Below, piece after piece: positions 10,609-21,269 of a DNA stretch of 64,000 bases (within the stretch, counting starts at the first letter, position 1; each line of letters opens with the position of its first letter). Both the position numbers and the translations under genes were made by a program. The notes below the pieces were generated by a model. It saw nothing but the letters and a program-made list of their open reading frames with translations, was not told the DNA's origin and did not search any database. Source of the stretch: Promethearchaeota archaeon (GTDB lineage Archaea; Asgardarchaeota; Lokiarchaeia; Sigyniarchaeales; SOKP01); NCBI GenBank assembly GCA_016839555.1, contig JAEOUA010000010.1, positions 160,001 through 224,000 on the forward strand. Reading direction: 5' to 3'.

Positions 10609-13221
10609 ATGCAAGAGATTATTTTAAAAGATTGGGATTTAAAAAAAAAGGGAGATTCTCTAAACTTAAAAATTAAAGCCCCTGAAACTGTTTTTGAAAC
10701 CTTAATTCAAAATAAATTAATTACGGATCCCTTTTATGGTTTGAATGAAAAAAAAGCCGCTTGGGTATATCGATCTGATTGGACTTATGAAACAAAACTT
10801 AAATTAAGTAAGGAATTTTTGAATTATTCTAACATCCTATTAAGATTTAATGGATTAGATACGATTGCTGATATTTATATTAATAAAATTTTTCTTGGTT
10901 CAGTTAATAATATGTTTAGAATCTATGAATACCAGGTTAAAGATTACTTGAAAAGGGGTATTAATATAATACAGATTCAATTTCATAGTCCTGAAAAGCA
11001 TGCGATCAAGATGATTAAAAAATATGAGATAAAATTGACTACTGGAGAAGATTATAGAGCAATTCCCGGAATTCCGTATATTAGAAAAGCTCAATATTCT
11101 TTTGGATGGGATTGGGGGCCAATTTTACCCGATATAGGTATTTGGAAAAGTGTGGAATTGATAGGATACGAAAAAATTAGAATTAAATCCGTTTTTCCCT
11201 TACAGGATATTAATTTTAAAGATTTAAATAGAAAACTAAAAAAAGGAAATACATTACTCCCTATTGCGGAATCAGTATTAATCAGTTGCCAAGTCGAAAT
11301 AGAATCATCGATCGAAGAAATTGATAAATTAAATTATATAATTGCGATGGATATTAACTCAAAAGAGGGAAAAACATATCATAATGAAATAAAACTAGAA
11401 AAGGAAAACCAAATTATAGAGATAAAAATTCCTAACCCAACTTTATGGTGGACCCATAATCTTGGCGAACCTTATCTTTACGACTTATCCATATCGATCA
11501 TAAATTCTTGTGTAATTGATAAAGTTAAGCAGAAATTAGGTGTCAGGGAAATAGCATTAATAAAAAATCCCGATGAATGGGGTGAATCTTTTTATTTTCT
11601 TTTAAATCATGTCCCAATTTTTGCTAAGGGTGCAAACTGGATTCCTATTGACAGCTTTATACCACGGGGTAAAAAAAATGGGCTTTATCAAAGGAATCTT
11701 AAAGATGCTAAATCAGCAAATATGAATATGATACGTGTTTGGGGTGGTGGAATATATGAGGATGATGAATTTTATAATGTTTGTGACAAATTAGGTATAT
11801 TAGTATGGCAAGATTTTCCATTTGCATGTGCGATATATCCAATATATGAAGAGTTTTATGAAAATGTGAAGGTGGAATTTATCCAAAATATTAAAAGATT
11901 AAGATTGCATCCAAGCTTAGCCATCTGGTGTGGAAATAATGAGATTGAATATTTATGGCGTTTATTAAAAGAAAGTTCTGGGATTATCGACGAAAAAACT
12001 GAGCTAGAATATAAAAAAGGATATGTAAGATTATTTGAAGATATGCTCCCCAAAATTTTAAAAAAGTTAGATCCTACTCGACCTTATTGGCCAAGTTCTC
12101 CTTCTAATGGTTTCTGCGGACTAGATATTGGCTCGATGTATTCAAACTCTCCATCAAAAGGAGATAGTCATTATTGGTCAGTATGGCATGCGGGAAAGCC
12201 ATTTAAAGCGTATAGAACTTTCAATTCGAGATTTATATCAGAATTTGGTTTTGAATCCTTTCCTTCTATGAAATCAATTGAATCTTTTTGTCCTAAAGAG
12301 CAGTTTGATATGTTTTCTCCAATAATGGAAAATCATCAAAAAAATGATGCTGGTAATCAAAAAATTTTAGATTATATGAAGAAAAGATTTTTTATTCCAG
12401 ATAAGTTTGAAAAACAAATAATTTTATCACAAATAACTCAAGCTGAAGCCATCGAATATGGAATAGAACATTGGCGTAAAAATGAAAAAGATTTTCAATG
12501 TATGGGGTCCTTATATTGGCAATTAAATGACTGTTGGCCAGTAGCTAGTTGGTCATCGGTTGATTATTATGGACGATGGAAAGCATTACATTATTTTTCA
12601 AAACGATTTTTTTCTTCTTTATTTCCTTATGTAGAGGAGAAAAAAAATCAAGTGAAATTTGGTGTAGTTAATGATGGACCTCACTCCGAAGATCTAATTT
12701 TTATTTGGAAAATTATGAATTCAAATGGAATCATCTTATTAAAGGGCAAAGAAATTACTAAAATCGATGGTTTAGAATCAAAGGAATTAACAATTATTGA
12801 TGTTTCTGAAATTAATAAAACTAAAAAGATGAGAAAAAATAATATTATTTTTTATAAATTACAAAAAGCCTCAACAAAAAAAATAATATATAGAGGGGGA
12901 AGATTATTTGAGAATCCAAAAGATTTCAATTTAAAAGATCCTGAGATTTCATATACGATTGAACCGCTTGAAAGCAATTTAGATAATCTTAAAAAATTAA
13001 AATTACAAATAAAAACAAAACATATCTCTTTATATACGTATATTATCTCTGATTTAATAGATTTTATCGCCTCAGATAATTATTTTTCTTTAGAACCACT
13101 TGAAACAAGAGAAATTATTATTAAAATAATAAAGAAAAAATCTAATGAAAAAAGTATTTCATTAGAGGAAATATTAGAATCGTTCAATGTTGGTTCTTTG
13201 TACGATCTTATTCATTCATGA
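10609..13221 (+). CDS. Beta-mannosidase, glycoside hydrolase family 2
   Basis: RKAQYSFGWDWGP, KGANWIP, RVWGGGIYE, WCGNNE, SEFGFES, YWQLNDCWP. Confidence 0.93.
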   Translation: MQEIILKDWDLKKKGDSLNLKIKAPETVFETLIQNKLITDPFYGLNEKKAAWVYRSDWTYETKLKLSKEFLNYSNILLRFNGLDTIADIYINKIFLGSVNNMFRIYEYQVKDYLKRGINIIQIQFHSPEKHAIKMIKKYEIKLTTGEDYRAIPGIPYIRKAQYSFGWDWGPILPDIGIWKSVELIGYEKIRIKSVFPLQDINFKDLNRKLKKGNTLLPIAESVLISCQVEIESSIEEIDKLNYIIAMDINSKEGKTYHNEIKLEKENQIIEIKIPNPTLWWTHNLGEPYLYDLSISIINSCVIDKVKQKLGVREIALIKNPDEWGESFYFLLNHVPIFAKGANWIPIDSFIPRGKKNGLYQRNLKDAKSANMNMIRVWGGGIYEDDEFYNVCDKLGILVWQDFPFACAIYPIYEEFYENVKVEFIQNIKRLRLHPSLAIWCGNNEIEYLWRLLKESSGIIDEKTELEYKKGYVRLFEDMLPKILKKLDPTRPYWPSSPSNGFCGLDIGSMYSNSPSKGDSHYWSVWHAGKPFKAYRTFNSRFISEFGFESFPSMKSIESFCPKEQFDMFSPIMENHQKNDAGNQKILDYMKKRFFIPDKFEKQIILSQITQAEAIEYGIEHWRKNEKDFQCMGSLYWQLNDCWPVASWSSVDYYGRWKALHYFSKRFFSSLFPYVEEKKNQVKFGVVNDGPHSEDLIFIWKIMNSNGIILLKGKEITKIDGLESKELTIIDVSEINKTKKMRKNNIIFYKLQKASTKKIIYRGGRLFENPKDFNLKDPEISYTIEPLESNLDNLKKLKLQIKTKHISLYTYIISDLIDFIASDNYFSLEPLETREIIIKIIKKKSNEKSISLEEILESFNVGSLYDLIHS

Positions 13222-14051
13222 GGTAGGACTAAAATCAATACAATAATCAATAGAATTCCAATTAGCAGGATAAATGTTTGAATCACAGATTTTTTTAGGT
13301 TTCTTTGTTTCAAAATTTCAGGCATTAATTCGGTGGTTGCGAGGTATAGAAATCCGCCTCCCGAAAAAGCTAAAAAAAATAAGTTGAAAACCTCCACTCT
13401 TTCTACCAACAATAAAGCAAATATACCACCCAATAGAGCTGTCATTGCACTTAAAAAATTGAATATCAAAGCGTTCTTCCTTGTGAATCCACCATATACA
13501 AGGATACCATAATCTCCAACTTCTTGCGGGAGTTCATGAAACAATACTGCTAACATGATTACAATACCATTTGCAAATCCAGTTAAGAAAGCAACCATTA
13601 AAATAACCCCATCAAGAAAGTTATGCACCACATCGCCGATAAGATTCAGAAGAGCGAAATTTTTTATGTTTTTCCCTTTATATTCGAATTGAGTTGCTCC
13701 TTCTGTTTTATTATCATAACAAACTAATTGATTATCTTCTTCATGAGCATGCCCATGAAACCAGTAAATGAATCTTCCTATAATGAAAAAGAGTACATAA
13801 CCGAGCATTATAAAACCAAAAATATATCCCATATTAATTGAATACCCCTCTTGCATTAATTCTTCAAGATGATGAATAGATTCTGGAATTAAATCAAATA
13901 TAGCGGTTGCTAAAATTGTTCCTGTAGCGAAAGCCACTAAAATAAATAAAAGATTATCTAATTTTTTTTGCTTTATTGATACCATTGATAGTCCAATTAA
14001 ACTCAAGCTCCCTATAAAAATTATTGACAGAAACCCATATAGTACATTCAA
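13212..14051 (-). CDS. ZIP family metal transporter
   Basis: HGHAHE loop, HNFLDG, HELPQEVGD, FLYLATTELMPE. Confidence 0.92.
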   Translation of the reverse strand: MNVLYGFLSIIFIGSLSLIGLSMVSIKQKKLDNLLFILVAFATGTILATAIFDLIPESIHHLEELMQEGYSINMGYIFGFIMLGYVLFFIIGRFIYWFHGHAHEEDNQLVCYDNKTEGATQFEYKGKNIKNFALLNLIGDVVHNFLDGVILMVAFLTGFANGIVIMLAVLFHELPQEVGDYGILVYGGFTRKNALIFNFLSAMTALLGGIFALLLVERVEVFNLFFLAFSGGGFLYLATTELMPEILKQRNLKKSVIQTFILLIGILLIIVLILVLPHE

Positions 14052-14158
14052 AATTAATCACATATTTTGATTTTATTAAATATCTTATATTCTACTTATT
14101 AATTGCTTATATTTAAGAATTCTATTTTTCTTTTATAAAAAAGAATGAAAGATTTGAA

Positions 14159-15586
14159 TTATTGAATTTCTTCTCTAAATTCATCCATATGGATTACTTT
14201 GTTTTCTAATCGAGATTTTTCAGCGGCAAATCCCATAAGATGTGATTCTAAAGAAGCCCGGGCAGAGGTTAATGCTTCTTTTTCTGAAGCATCTTCGTTA
14301 AATAATGAGTTCACAAATGATTCCATTAGTCCAGAATCTCCATCGCTATGTGCCCCAAAAGTGATATCATTTTCCCATAATAATTTCTCATGTACATATC
14401 TATGATCATAATAGAATAATCTTTCACCACCGTAAGTGAATTCTCCTAATAAAGATCCTTTTGTTCCAGAAATTCTTATCCATCTTCCATCTAAAAAAGA
14501 ATGGCCATGCATGGTCATTGTAGCTGTAATATTATTATCAAATTGTATACTTACAATCTGATGATCAGGAACATCATTATCACAATGGAATACACATCTA
14601 CCCCAAGGTCCATTTTTCAATGCTTCGATTTTTCCTTTAATAGATAAATCATCTGATATTACTGTTGCTGGCCAGAACTGCCAGTTTAAAAACTTTTTTA
14701 ATGATTTGATAAAAAAGCTTAAAAATTTTACAAATTTTCTATGTTTTAATAATAATTTACCAAGAAATCTTAACCACCACTTTTTAGAACGTTGGGTTAT
14801 TCTAATAAGAGGCTCCGCTTCTATATATAATCTTGGTGCAAACCAAGGACATTCTTCAGCAACAGGACATCCATCAAGACATCTTCCAGGTGCTCCTTTT
14901 GGTGCATTTTCTTTTCGATAAAAACTTAATTCTCCAAAGGATTGAATCCATTTTGTAGGGAATTCAACAAGCCAATATAATAAATCTAAATCATGGCAGG
15001 TTTTAGCTAAGATAATGGGACTGGAATCCTCAGCTCTTCTCCAAGTACCTCTTACGTATCCATGAGCAAAATGCCAATAAGCCACGTTTTCAGAATGATT
15101 AATATTTATTATTTTTCCTACTAAGCCTTCTCTTATAGCTTGCTTAATTTTAGAAAACATTGTAGTATAGCGAGCAACATGGCAAATTCTTAATTGTTTT
15201 TTCGCTTCTTCAGCAATATTTACTAATTTAATACAATCTTCTTTAGTTGTTGCCATAGGTTTTTCTAAAAGCACTTGATATCCTAATTTTAGAGCTTCAA
15301 GTGCGGGCTCGGTATGCATTTTATCTTGGGTGCAAATTAGACATGCTTCTGCGATTCTTCCAATTTTTTCATTCAAAAGGTCTTCCCAAGTTTCATATTG
15401 ATTTTCTCTGGGAATATTCCATTCGCTAGCAAAACCTTCCCTTCGCATTTTCCGAGGTTCTGCCACAGCTATGAATTTTATTTTATCTTTATGGTTTAGT
15501 GCCCATTGACCATAGGAATGCCATCCTCTAGCACCCGCACCAATAAGAATAGCATTAATTGGTTGTTTTTCTTTTATATTTGAAAT
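14159..15586 (-). CDS. Gfo/Idh/MocA NAD(P)-dependent oxidoreductase; start extended beyond the ORF track, probable ATT (15586) or ATA (15577) start
   Basis: The in-frame upstream extension carries the Rossmann motif AILIGAGARG, absent from the 15466 GTG call; LEKP and CHDLD motifs; SD-like AAGGTG 8 nt before ATT. Confidence 0.8.
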   Translation of the reverse strand: MSNIKEKQPINAILIGAGARGWHSYGQWALNHKDKIKFIAVAEPRKMRREGFASEWNIPRENQYETWEDLLNEKIGRIAEACLICTQDKMHTEPALEALKLGYQVLLEKPMATTKEDCIKLVNIAEEAKKQLRICHVARYTTMFSKIKQAIREGLVGKIININHSENVAYWHFAHGYVRGTWRRAEDSSPIILAKTCHDLDLLYWLVEFPTKWIQSFGELSFYRKENAPKGAPGRCLDGCPVAEECPWFAPRLYIEAEPLIRITQRSKKWWLRFLGKLLLKHRKFVKFLSFFIKSLKKFLNWQFWPATVISDDLSIKGKIEALKNGPWGRCVFHCDNDVPDHQIVSIQFDNNITATMTMHGHSFLDGRWIRISGTKGSLLGEFTYGGERLFYYDHRYVHEKLLWENDITFGAHSDGDSGLMESFVNSLFNEDASEKEALTSARASLESHLMGFAAEKSRLENKVIHMDEFREEIQ

Positions 15587-15606
15587 ATCTGATACACCTT
15601 TTACTT

Positions 15607-16455
15607 TTAGATATTATATTTAGGAGTTTTTAAAGTATCCCAATCAGTTGTGATAATATAGTCAGGATGATTTCTAATAAAAGTTACTGGATAATCATAA
15701 GCTGGTTCTCCAAATAAAGCTAATCTCAGAATAGTATTTGCCCAATCATAAGGGGTTCCATTTCTACAATATAATCGAATTTTTTTCGCATTAAGTATTT
15801 GTTTCATCCCTAAAGTAAAAGCTTCCTTAGGAAAATTTTCTAAATTTCCTCCAATATTAGCTCTTATTGCATTAATAGTTCTCGTATAATTGTTTAATCT
15901 AACTTTTCTTGGATCCGAATTTTCTACTCCTTCTTCTGGCTCATTAAATGCTATATGTCCATGAATACCGATTCCTCCATAACATACATCTATTCCTCCT
16001 AAATCATCAATAATATCTGCTATTTTTTCGATATTGGTTTGATTTGGGAAAATTATATGCTCTTGGTTCAAGCAACTATAATCACCTAATAGATAAAAGA
16101 ATAATTCTTTTGCTATTTTTTTAAAACTTAAAGGATGAGTATCCTCTATTGCATCTCCTTTTTTATCACAATATTCATCCATAAAAAAGAACCAGCAATT
16201 CTCCAACGAAATCATTTCTTCATTAATAATATTTGCGAGAAGTGGATATTGCCCAATAGGACCGATAGGTAAAATTAATTTACTTATTTGGTCTTTTTCA
16301 TTACTTTTTTTAATTTCCTTAGCTATATTATTAGCGAATGTTTTATATAATACATTTAAATCTTTACAAACTATTAAATTCTCTCCTGATTTATCTATTA
16401 CTTCTTGCGGGCTTAAACTTAATATACTCTTAACTTCTTCTGATCTTCTCGTCAA
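15607..16455 (-). CDS. Glucosamine/galactosamine-6-phosphate isomerase (NagB-like) family
   Basis: FFMDEY, HPLSF, GGIGIHGHIAFNEP, AFTLGMKQIL. Confidence 0.85.
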   Translation of the reverse strand: MTRRSEEVKSILSLSPQEVIDKSGENLIVCKDLNVLYKTFANNIAKEIKKSNEKDQISKLILPIGPIGQYPLLANIINEEMISLENCWFFFMDEYCDKKGDAIEDTHPLSFKKIAKELFFYLLGDYSCLNQEHIIFPNQTNIEKIADIIDDLGGIDVCYGGIGIHGHIAFNEPEEGVENSDPRKVRLNNYTRTINAIRANIGGNLENFPKEAFTLGMKQILNAKKIRLYCRNGTPYDWANTILRLALFGEPAYDYPVTFIRNHPDYIITTDWDTLKTPKYNI

Positions 16456-16461
16456 TTTAAT

Positions 16462-17238
16462 TCAATCCATCTCTAATAATTTTAAAATGTTTTTTGAAAA
16501 ATATAATTTTCTTGTATTTTCATCAATATTATAATTATCAAGCCGTATTTTATCTTGCTTTAAAATAAGTGGAATCTTAGAATAAAAAACATCTGTTCCA
16601 AATAGAAGCTTTTTAAATGCGCCCTCCCACCATAACCATTTTTTCATTCCAATATTATCTGCCCGCATGCGCCATCCATCAGGTTCTCCTGTAATATCTG
16701 AATAAATATTTGGACGCATCCTAATTAATTCAGCAGCATCTTCGTTCCAATGAACCCCTAAATGAGCTATAATTAAATTTAAATTAGGAAAGGCATTAGC
16801 AATAGGTTCTAATCGCATTGGATGCATGTTCCAGGATGAAATATTTTCTTTTTGCCCATTTTGAAAAATTGTCACTATTCCAGTATGGAATAACATTGGC
16901 ATCTGTAATTTTTCTGCTTGTTTCCATAGAGGAAAAAAAGATCTGTTATTATAAGCTTTTGTTGGAATAGAAATCTTAAGCATTTTAAAGCCTTGATTAT
17001 GTGCCTCTTCAATTTCATTTGGATTAGATCTTCCAGGACGGATAAAATAGGAACCGATTATTCTTTTCGGGTAATTTTTGAGTGCTTTTCTAACATCTTC
17101 ATTAGTTTTGCAATTAAAAATTTTTCCTAGACCACTTAAACAGCATTTATTTATTCCAAACTCATCCATAGTCTGAATTAAATTTCTCAAATAATTTGGA
17201 ACATCATAAAGATGAGCGTGAGCATCAATTATTTGCAT
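16462..17238 (-). CDS. Amidohydrolase_2 metal-dependent hydrolase
   Basis: IIDAHAH, FHTG, IAHLG, LLFGTD. Confidence 0.88.
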   Translation of the reverse strand: MQIIDAHAHLYDVPNYLRNLIQTMDEFGINKCCLSGLGKIFNCKTNEDVRKALKNYPKRIIGSYFIRPGRSNPNEIEEAHNQGFKMLKISIPTKAYNNRSFFPLWKQAEKLQMPMLFHTGIVTIFQNGQKENISSWNMHPMRLEPIANAFPNLNLIIAHLGVHWNEDAAELIRMRPNIYSDITGEPDGWRMRADNIGMKKWLWWEGAFKKLLFGTDVFYSKIPLILKQDKIRLDNYNIDENTRKLYFSKNILKLLEMD

Positions 17239-17407
17239 AATTATTTTTTAAATAAAGTTTTTCAATTAATCTATATGTTATTAAAAATAAAAAATCACAT
17301 AATATAATAACATCATATTTTAGAAAGAGTTGAATTTGGATTTCTACAAATAAAATTAAAATAAATTGGAAAAACTAAGGAATATACATTGACCATTTCA
17401 TTATATA

Positions 17408-18601
17408 TTATAATTTATATGCATCCAAACTAAATAGGGAACTACATCCTTTCCCAATAGAAGGTGTTAATCGTCCTGTCACTCTAAAAATAGGTCCCTC
17501 TCGACCGCATTCTGGACAATAATTCCAATTTTCTACTTGTATGATATCATCTAATAAAACTGCTACTCCAGCATAACTCTTAACACCATAAGGAGTTATT
17601 AATTCTAATAAACCCGGTTGTCCTGTGTTTTTAATGGGCTCTAATGTATTGACATCGCGAGCTAATATTCGGCCATACTTTTTATCGACGTGAAAAACAA
17701 AATCATTATACCTATCTGACCAGTGAGCGCCAAATGCCAAGGGGCTTTCGGTTGCTGCAAAATTATCACAAAATTTATCCTTTGTAATATTAAACAAAGT
17801 ACACATTTGTTGTATAAATTGGCTTTTATCTACTTTATTTCCCATTTTAATTCTGCCTTTTACACCATCCCACCCTCCACCTCCCGTAATGATATAAAAG
17901 TGTCCACTCATATCGAATGTGCGTTTCCTTTTTTCATAAAAATCATTTAATACTTTATGCATCCAAAGCGGAGAATTTGCCATTATAGTCGGAATATTGT
18001 TTTTTTCAACTCTACCAAGTTCAGATTCCAATTTTTTTCCATTTATTGCAACGACAGCTCGGATTTTAAATGTTGTTATAATTTTCCAGAGGGTTCTTCC
18101 TAAAAAGAATTGCAATAAATAATGAATATTCTTTCCTTCCCAGATATCTACAATACTTTTATATAATAAGTAGGAATTTTTACCGTAGAAAGTGTGCTTT
18201 ATTTTATTGATAAATCTTTTTTTTGGGGCAAAGAGGATCAAATTTTTTACTTTTTCTTTTTCTGAAAATTCAGTAAAAACTCGATTATAACTATTCATTA
18301 AAACTTCGATATCCGATTTTAATCGTCCAACAATACTAGGATCCCCACTCGTAGAAGAAGATTCCATCCAATATTCCAGATTTTCAAATGTGTTTCCCCG
18401 CAATAGTTCTTTAAATTTATCATTAGATTGCTTGAAGAAACTCCAAGGAATATAGGGAATGTCTCCTAGATTTGATTCATTTAAGGTTTTGTCAAAATCA
18501 TATTCTACTTTTTCACATATTTTTCTATATAAATCGCATTCCTTAGCTGTTTCTCTTATTGTTGAAGATAAATTTTGAAAAAACTTTTCCTCTTCTCTCA
18601 T
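17408..18601 (-). CDS. LuxE-like acyl-protein synthetase (ANL superfamily)
   Basis: SSSTSGDPS loop, TGGGGW, ATES, LLDD, terminal GR...KGCS. Confidence 0.75.
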   Translation of the reverse strand: MREEEKFFQNLSSTIRETAKECDLYRKICEKVEYDFDKTLNESNLGDIPYIPWSFFKQSNDKFKELLRGNTFENLEYWMESSSTSGDPSIVGRLKSDIEVLMNSYNRVFTEFSEKEKVKNLILFAPKKRFINKIKHTFYGKNSYLLYKSIVDIWEGKNIHYLLQFFLGRTLWKIITTFKIRAVVAINGKKLESELGRVEKNNIPTIMANSPLWMHKVLNDFYEKRKRTFDMSGHFYIITGGGGWDGVKGRIKMGNKVDKSQFIQQMCTLFNITKDKFCDNFAATESPLAFGAHWSDRYNDFVFHVDKKYGRILARDVNTLEPIKNTGQPGLLELITPYGVKSYAGVAVLLDDIIQVENWNYCPECGREGPIFRVTGRLTPSIGKGCSSLFSLDAYKL

Positions 18602-18882
18602 TTCTATATCATCTATATTATTTCAATAAATATATAAGCTATTATGATTTTTATTATTATTCTTTATATGTTATTTTAAAACACTCCTCTTTTAACTTTT
18701 ATAAATATAAAATTATTTTACCTATTTAATTTAATTTTGCAACCATCAATTTATTCATTTTTAATACTTATGAATTGAGGATTATTAGTAGTTTTAACTA
18801 AATTTCCTCTTAAATAAATTAGATATTTTTATTTTAATAAGATATAATAAAAGAAAATTCAAAAATATAGATTTTTTTAGTA

Positions 18883-20184
18883 TTAATAATGTGCTGTTAT
18901 TTTTTCTCGTTTTTCCTTAACTTTACCTTTTAATAAGGGGTCATTTGTTTTTTTCATCCATGTTTTTAATCTTTTCCTTAGATCTTTTAGGATTGTTTGA
19001 TAATACGAATCATTTATTAAATTTTCTCTCTCATTAGGATCGTTTTCCAAATCATAAAGCTCTTCCGTAGGGCGTGATTCTTGAATTTTTTCTAACATAA
19101 CTTTTCCTGCAGGATCCATCGCAATATCTTTTGGAATCTGATAGAGAGTATCTAATTCTTGAAAATTTTTGATGTATTTATACTTATGATTTCTAATGCA
19201 TCGCATAGGATCATAGATCTCATGAAAAGTTTTTTCAGCATAAATTTCTGGATGAATTTGTTGAATATGATCACTTAATATCGGCAAAAAACTTTTCCCT
19301 TCAATATTTTTCGGTATTTTCCCACCAATATAATCTATTAAAGTTGGAAGTAAATCAAGGTTTGAAAGTAGACTTTCAATAACCTTTCCTCCCGTAAAAA
19401 GTTCCGAATTAGGATCATACATTATCAATAAAATCTTTAATCCTGGATCATATAGTGTACATTTCGCTCTAGGATAAGCCGCGCCGTGGTCGGTTGTGTA
19501 AATAAAAAGTGTATTTTCCATTAATCCAATATCCTCTAAATGATTTAATATTTTCCCAATTGTTTCATCCACAATTTCTATGTTACCATAAAATTCAGCA
19601 AAATCTTTCCTAATTTCTTCATTTTCAGGCAAATAAGGAGGAATTTTAACCCTACTAGAATCTACTGATTCTGACCATGCTCTATAAGGTCTATGAACTT
19701 CAATTGTCCCTATATTTAGAAAAAATGGTTTTGTATCATCCTTATGTTCTGTTAAAAATTTAAAATACTCTTTTTCCATCTGTCCGCGGGAATATTTAAA
19801 TTCCGGTCCTCTTTTACTAATTGTGTCATAACCTAGTGTTTTAGCATCCAAGCTTTCATGTTGTAAGCCTAATAAGTGTGTTGTATAACCATTTTCCTTT
19901 AAATACATCCCAAGAGTTTTGTTATCTGATGGCATTGTCCAACCAAGATTTACTAGCCCCATAAGACCATTTTGATGGGGATAAAGAGATGTTTTCATCG
20001 AACTTCTGCTAGGGCTACATTGTGGAGCGGTACAAAAATAATTAGAGAATTTTACACCCTTTTGAGCTAGATTATCAAGATTTGGTGTCTCAAGAGAATT
20101 TGGCACTTGGTCTGAATCGTAGCAACCAAGATATTGCCCTTGATCATGGGTGATAAATAAAATAATGTTTGGTTTTTCTTTCAT
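18883..20184 (-). CDS. Sulfatase (formylglycine type, N-sulfoglucosamine sulfohydrolase-like)
   Basis: PNIILFITHDQ, CSPSR (CxPxR), TTDHG, ELYDLENDPNE. Confidence 0.93.
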   Translation of the reverse strand: MKEKPNIILFITHDQGQYLGCYDSDQVPNSLETPNLDNLAQKGVKFSNYFCTAPQCSPSRSSMKTSLYPHQNGLMGLVNLGWTMPSDNKTLGMYLKENGYTTHLLGLQHESLDAKTLGYDTISKRGPEFKYSRGQMEKEYFKFLTEHKDDTKPFFLNIGTIEVHRPYRAWSESVDSSRVKIPPYLPENEEIRKDFAEFYGNIEIVDETIGKILNHLEDIGLMENTLFIYTTDHGAAYPRAKCTLYDPGLKILLIMYDPNSELFTGGKVIESLLSNLDLLPTLIDYIGGKIPKNIEGKSFLPILSDHIQQIHPEIYAEKTFHEIYDPMRCIRNHKYKYIKNFQELDTLYQIPKDIAMDPAGKVMLEKIQESRPTEELYDLENDPNERENLINDSYYQTILKDLRKRLKTWMKKTNDPLLKGKVKEKREKITAHY

Positions 20185-20321
20185 TACTATTAATACTTAA
20201 TTCATAGTTCATATTATATTATTTTATTTTCTAGTTTTTTTCTCTAAAACCACTTTTCAAGTTTTAAATAATTCTAAAACCTAAATTTTAAATTTTTTTA
20301 TAATTTTTTAAGAATCATAGT

Positions 20322-21149
20322 ATGGTGCAAAAACAATTAAGAATACGAAAAAAACAAAAAGTAGCGGCAAAAAAGGCAAGTGATTCAATCAAAACGGTGA
20401 TCGTTCTATGTCTTCCCCGGAGCGGGAGTAGTTTATTAGCGGGAATACTATATAGATTAGGAGTGTGGATGGGAGAACCTAAAGATATGATTAAGGGAAG
20501 GCACGCTAATATTTATGGAAATTATGAGAATCAAGACTTTTATAGAGCTAATTTAAAGATTTTAGCTCGGGCAAAGAGCACTACCCTTTCTTGGGCTGAT
20601 ATTCCTGATGATCAAAAAGTAAAGGATGCGGTGAAATATTTTAAACCACTTCTTAAAGGTTTGATAGAAAAAAATTCTAAAGAACTATGGGGGTGGAAGG
20701 ATCCTGTATGTATTTATGCAATACCATATTATGAAGATCTTATACCAAATCCTCATTATATTGCCTTAAAGCGAAATATAGACAGTGTGGTTAAATCGCA
20801 TTTGCAATCAGGAAAATTTCTTGAATGGCATAATACAATGCGCTATATGTCTCGATATATGAATATTGTTACTTTATTTCGAATTTTTATCCGGATCTCA
20901 AAATATTATATAACTAAGGGAAATCTTTTTCAAAATTATGAAGAAATTAAAAGAGTTGTAATTGAAGGGTATAGAAGGATTGACAGTTTTATTAGAACCA
21001 GAAAACATTTAAAGGTTTGTTTTGAGGAAATGATTGAAAATCCTCGCCAAACAATTAATAATATAATAAATTTTCTTGAAATCTCTCCCACTCAAAAACA
21101 GATTAGAGAAGCTATATCCTTTATCGACCCCGATGAAATTCATCATTAA
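20322..21149 (+). CDS. Sulfotransferase family protein
   Basis: PRSGSSL PAPS loop, WGWKDP, KRNIDSVVKS. Confidence 0.85.
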   Translation: MVQKQLRIRKKQKVAAKKASDSIKTVIVLCLPRSGSSLLAGILYRLGVWMGEPKDMIKGRHANIYGNYENQDFYRANLKILARAKSTTLSWADIPDDQKVKDAVKYFKPLLKGLIEKNSKELWGWKDPVCIYAIPYYEDLIPNPHYIALKRNIDSVVKSHLQSGKFLEWHNTMRYMSRYMNIVTLFRIFIRISKYYITKGNLFQNYEEIKRVVIEGYRRIDSFIRTRKHLKVCFEEMIENPRQTINNIINFLEISPTQKQIREAISFIDPDEIHH

Positions 21150-21269
21150 TTTTTGGAAATTAATAGTGTAATAAGAAAGATTTTTTTGAAATATTTAATA
21201 ACCATATATATTTAAATTCTAATTTTTAGAATTTTATAAATCAATCACATTAATTTTTTCTATAAAAAA

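Noticed and set aside
14159-15586. GH188 NAD-dependent sulfoquinovosidase or SQ dehydrogenase
   Set aside because: Only generic Gfo/Idh/MocA motifs are recognisable and its operon points to amino sugars; a search is needed to decide
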